A stretch of 64,000 bases of DNA from Malacoraja senta. Its lineage: Eukaryota. Each line of letters begins with the position of its first letter. Within the stretch, counting starts at the first letter, position 1. The DNA lies in NCBI GenBank assembly GCA_038087875.1, contig CM075988.1, forward strand, positions 18,540,001-18,604,000, written 5' to 3'. Made by a program: the position numbers and the translations under genes. The notes beneath the pieces are model-generated. The model saw only the letters and a program-made list of their open reading frames with translations, searched no databases and was not told where the DNA came from. Positions 60,269 through 64,000 of this stretch are shown here, one piece after another.

Positions 60269-61175
60269 ATAGATCAGCCATGATTGAATGACTTGGTGGG
60301 CTGAATGGCCTTATTCTGTTCCTAGAACTTATGAGTGACATTCGTCTCAGCCCAAATTGGATTATGATTTAATTGCGGATGGCTTGATTACAATCATGTA
60401 ATGTCTTTCCAATGACGGATTAGCATTCAACAAAAACTTTTCACTGTAACTAGGTACATGTGACAATAAACTCAACTATACTAAACTAAATTAATTATGC
60501 TCAGCTAATAATTGACAAGATGCTGCCTCCATACACAGCACTGTTTCGGTGTCTGTAAAATGACCCAACTCTCATCTCGCTGCTACCATTGGGAAGAAGG
60601 TAGAGGAACCGCAAGGTGGAGGGAGCCGGCGACGGCAGCGGACGCTGGACAAAGGGCCGCTAAGCACACACGGGGGTCTTACCTTCTGCGTCCTCAAGGT
60701 CGGCTGCGGGAGGCGTCCCTGGGGACACGAAGGCTGAAGGCTGGGTGAGGAGAGGGATGACAGTTTGCTGGTGATCTGGATGGAGGGTGGAGGCGACGGC
60801 TGCAATGGATCTTTAAGGCCAGCTGCAACTGGGATGTTGAAAATGGTGCCAAAGGTTGGTGCCTCTTGCATATGGACTCAGTGAGCTGTTTCTATGCGTT
60901 CAGTACTTAATCAGATGTGGTACTAAAGCATGGCAATAATCTTACTGATCTGTATGCAAAATAATTTCACTGTTCCTTGGTACTCATGATAATACAAGGA
61001 CCATTGAACCGCTGAGTTGAGAAGCATGACATCCAGGTTCAAGAACAGCTTCTTTTCATCAACCATCAGGCTGCTGAACCACACCACACAACACTAACCA
61101 CAACCCCACCTCAACAATAATCCACTGTGGACTATGGAGCTACAAGGATCTGCAGATGCCAAAATCTTGAGCAAA

Positions 61176-61475
61176 GGCGCACGGTGGCGCACCGGTAGAG
61201 TTGCTGCCTTACAGCGCTTGCAGCACCGGAGACCCGGGTTCGATCCCGACTACGGGTGCCGTCTGTACGGAGTTTGTACTTTCTACCCGTGACCACGTGG
61301 GTTTTCTCTCACACTCCAAGACGTACAAGGTTTGTAGCTTAATTGACTTGGTCTAAGTGTAAATTGTTCCTAGTGTGTGTGGAGGATAGTGTTAGTGTGC
61401 GGGGATCGCTGGTCGGTGCGGACTCGGTGGGCTGAAGGGCCTGTTTCCGCGCTGTATCTCGAAACTAAACTAAAC
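61176..61475 (+). mobile_element. HE1-type V-SINE inside a PLE fragment (61135-61567)
   Basis: Head, V-domain, (CTAAA)n; the PLE unit resumes at 61476. Confidence 0.85.
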
Positions 61476-61579
61476 CAGAAAGTGCTGGAGTAACTCAGTG
61501 GGTTATGCAGCATCTCTGGTGAGAATGGACAGACAACATTTCAGGTCGGGAACATTCTTTAGACTGATCTTTCAACCTA

Positions 61580-61966
61580 TGGATGAGAGGGGATCTTATA
61601 GAAACATATAAAATTATAAAAGGACTGGACAGGCTAGATGCAGAAAAAATGTTCCCAATGTTGGGGGAGTCCAGAACCAGGGGCCACAGTCTAAGAATAA
61701 AGGGGAGGCCATTTAAAACTGAGATGAGAAAATACTTTTTCACTCAGAGAGTTGTGAATTTGTGGAATTCTCTGCCTCTGAGGGCAGTGGAGGCCAAGTC
61801 ACTGGATTAATTTAAAAGATAGAGCTCTAGGGGCTAGCGGAATCAGGGGATATGGGGAGAAGGCAGGCACGGATTACTGATTGTGGATGATCAGCCATGA
61901 TCACAATGAATGGCGGTGCTGGCTCGAAGGGCCAAATGGCCTCCTCCTGCACCTATTTTCTATGTT
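61580..61966 (+). mobile_element. CR1 3' fragment
   Basis: MRGDLIETYKIIKGLDRLDAEKMFPMLGESRTRGHSLRIKG. Confidence 0.88.
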
Positions 61967-62700
61967 TACCTCATTGGAGACTTTGGACTTTTCACTGTAA
62001 CTGTGACGGCATAATGCTGCAACACTATATTTAGGTCTGGTATTTTTCTCTTTGTACTAGGTTTTGTACTTGCGTGTGTCTTGATTGTACTCACACACAG
62101 TATGATTTGACTGGATAGCATGCATTGCTTTTCACTGCATCTGCACAGGGCAATAATAAACCAATGCCAATACCAGGAAGATTTTTATTCTGGTAACGTC
62201 TTTGTTATAATTATTCTATTGATTATGATATAAACAGCACATTTTCATTGCTCAGGACACATTAAAAAGCCTCAACATCTGTCACGGAAACCTTTACGAG
62301 CAAAGAGTGACACAAAGTCGTTCGAGCTGGACACACGTGAGATTTGCAGAAGCTGGAATCTTGAGCAGAACACAAAGTGCTGGAGTAACTCAGCCAGCAG
62401 GTCATGTCTGGCAGCATCCCCGGGGGGGAATGGACAGACAATGTTTCGGGTCGGGACTCTTCTTCAGTTCGATGAAGACATTTGAGCAGCTGGGGCAGAT
62501 GATCAAAAGGTTGGCTACGGAGGGAGGTTTTAAGGGATTTTCTTGGAGAGAAAGGTGGAGAGAACCAATGTTTATTGTCCAACCAGTAATTCTAAGGGAG
62601 ATTATCTGTTTGTTATCTTACTCCAGTGTACGAGATCTTGCTCTGCCAAAACTGGCTGATATTCTTCCTACAGTCCTGCACTTCAAAACAGAGTGATTTC

Positions 62701-63015
62701 GGGACAGCACGGTGGCGCAGTGGTAGAACTGCTCCCTTACAGCACCAGAGTCCTGGGTTCGGTCCTGACTACGGTTGGTGTCAGTACAGAGTTAGTACAT
62801 TCTCCCTTGTCCATCGGGTTTTCGCTGGGCGCTCCGGTTTCCTCCCACATTCAAAAGACGTACAGGATTGTAGATTAATTGACTTTGGTAAAAAATTGAA
62901 ATTGGCCCTTGTGTGTAGGATAGTGTTAATGTAGGGGGTGACCGTTGCTTGCCGTGGACTTGGTGGGCTGAAGGGCCTGTTTCTGTGCTGTATCTCTAAA
63001 GCCTAAAATCTAAAG
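62701..63015 (+). mobile_element. HE1-type V-SINE
   Basis: Head, V-domain, tail. Confidence 0.82.
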
Positions 63016-63169
63016 GCTGTGAACAATTTGGGAAGTCTTGAAAGGATGTGGAAGGTGCCATAGAAATGCCCGGTTCTCTTCCTTATCTCCAGAGCATCGT
63101 GTCTCCAGCTTGGGACATACAATATGTTTTTTGCTGCACATTAGTTACATGGTCTCATCCCTAAAATGG

Positions 63170-63450
63170 CTGCAGGAACCTGGATTACATTTAGCCCAAG
63201 ATAGACACCAAGTGCTGGAGTAACTCAGCGGGCCAGGCAGCATCTCTGGAGAAAAAGGATGGGTGACATTTCAGGTCGTGACCCTTCTTCAGACCATTAC
63301 ATTTAGCCCACCTTGGCACTGTCTCCTGGACTGCATTAACCCAGATTCCTGGGGCTTACATCAACCTGATTTAAACAGCTCCATCCCATGTCCCGACCCA
63401 AAACATCACCCATTCCCGCTGATTTACTCCAGCATTTTGTGTCTATTCAT
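63170..63450. mobile_element. Penelope-derived element with inverted arms
   Basis: PLE unit at 63170-63295 and an inverted remnant at 63390-63450. Confidence 0.68.
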
Positions 63451-64000
63451 CGCATGGAATCAGCCTTCTCATTCTTGCTGAAATTAAAGGCCAATCTAAA
63501 CCATTCCTCGAAAGAACAAACACACACATTGAAAAATTAAATCCACTCATTAAAAATAAAAATCCAATACAAATTACAATGGATGCTTTGGAGTCAGGCT
63601 GTTTGGTTTATGAAATAGATTTAATGAATTAAAATTTTAATTTGCCTTTTATTCCTGGTTGCAGTCTGCATTTTTTTTTTGCTCAATCAATAATGTTTTG
63701 TTCTGCAGGCAGTCTGACTATGATGCACATCTTAGCCTTTGTCGTTCAGTAGAGACCATAAGAGAGGCATGATCAGTAATTGTCAGGTCTTCCTAGGTTA
63801 GCGATATTTTTTAACCAGATACTTCATCTCTGCAACCTGCATTATAATCACTTCTGAGGTGAAATCAGGTTTTATTATCTTGAACAATAAAGCCCACATC
63901 AAAAATTAAAATATGTTCCGCATCTTATCAAGCCTCTTAGAAATGTTTCAGAATAATTCATAAAGACTGCACCTGTAGAAATGGCACTGGGCTCCAACAG

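Larger units (their letters stand above)
59797..60335 (+). mobile_element. CR1 3' fragment hosting the HDV-ribozyme retroposon
   Basis: EFRMRGDLIETYRIVKGL...RTRGHS remnant; the 3'UTR gatagatcagccatgattgaatg is split by the insert. Confidence 0.82.

Overview
Eukaryotic, repeat-dense, non-coding DNA (a large intron or intergenic region) from a cartilaginous fish, probably a skate or ray. The taxon is inferred from about 20 HE1-type tRNA-derived V-SINEs and HER1/CR1 LINEs. No host protein-coding gene is recognisable, and every convincing ORF is transposon-derived. Contents: several CR1 LINEs (one with an uninterrupted 981-aa APE-RT ORF2 plus the SGNH-esterase half of ORF1), Rex1/Babar fragments, Penelope-like-element (PLE) remnants, PIF/Harbinger and hAT MITEs, and many nested insertions that can be ordered by their target-site duplications (TSDs). 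The most notable signals are RNA-structure-based mobile elements. (1) A 147-bp TSD-flanked retroposon whose first 54 nt fold by hand into a complete minimal HDV-like ribozyme starting exactly at the cleavage-site G. (2) Two 92-96-bp TSD-flanked PLE mini-elements that begin exactly at a minimal hammerhead motif. (3) A GC-rich 0.8-1 kb non-tRNA retroposon family with conserved hairpins but 3' tails resembling different LINE clades. All structures and boundaries were read by eye. Fragment coordinates without a TSD are approximate.
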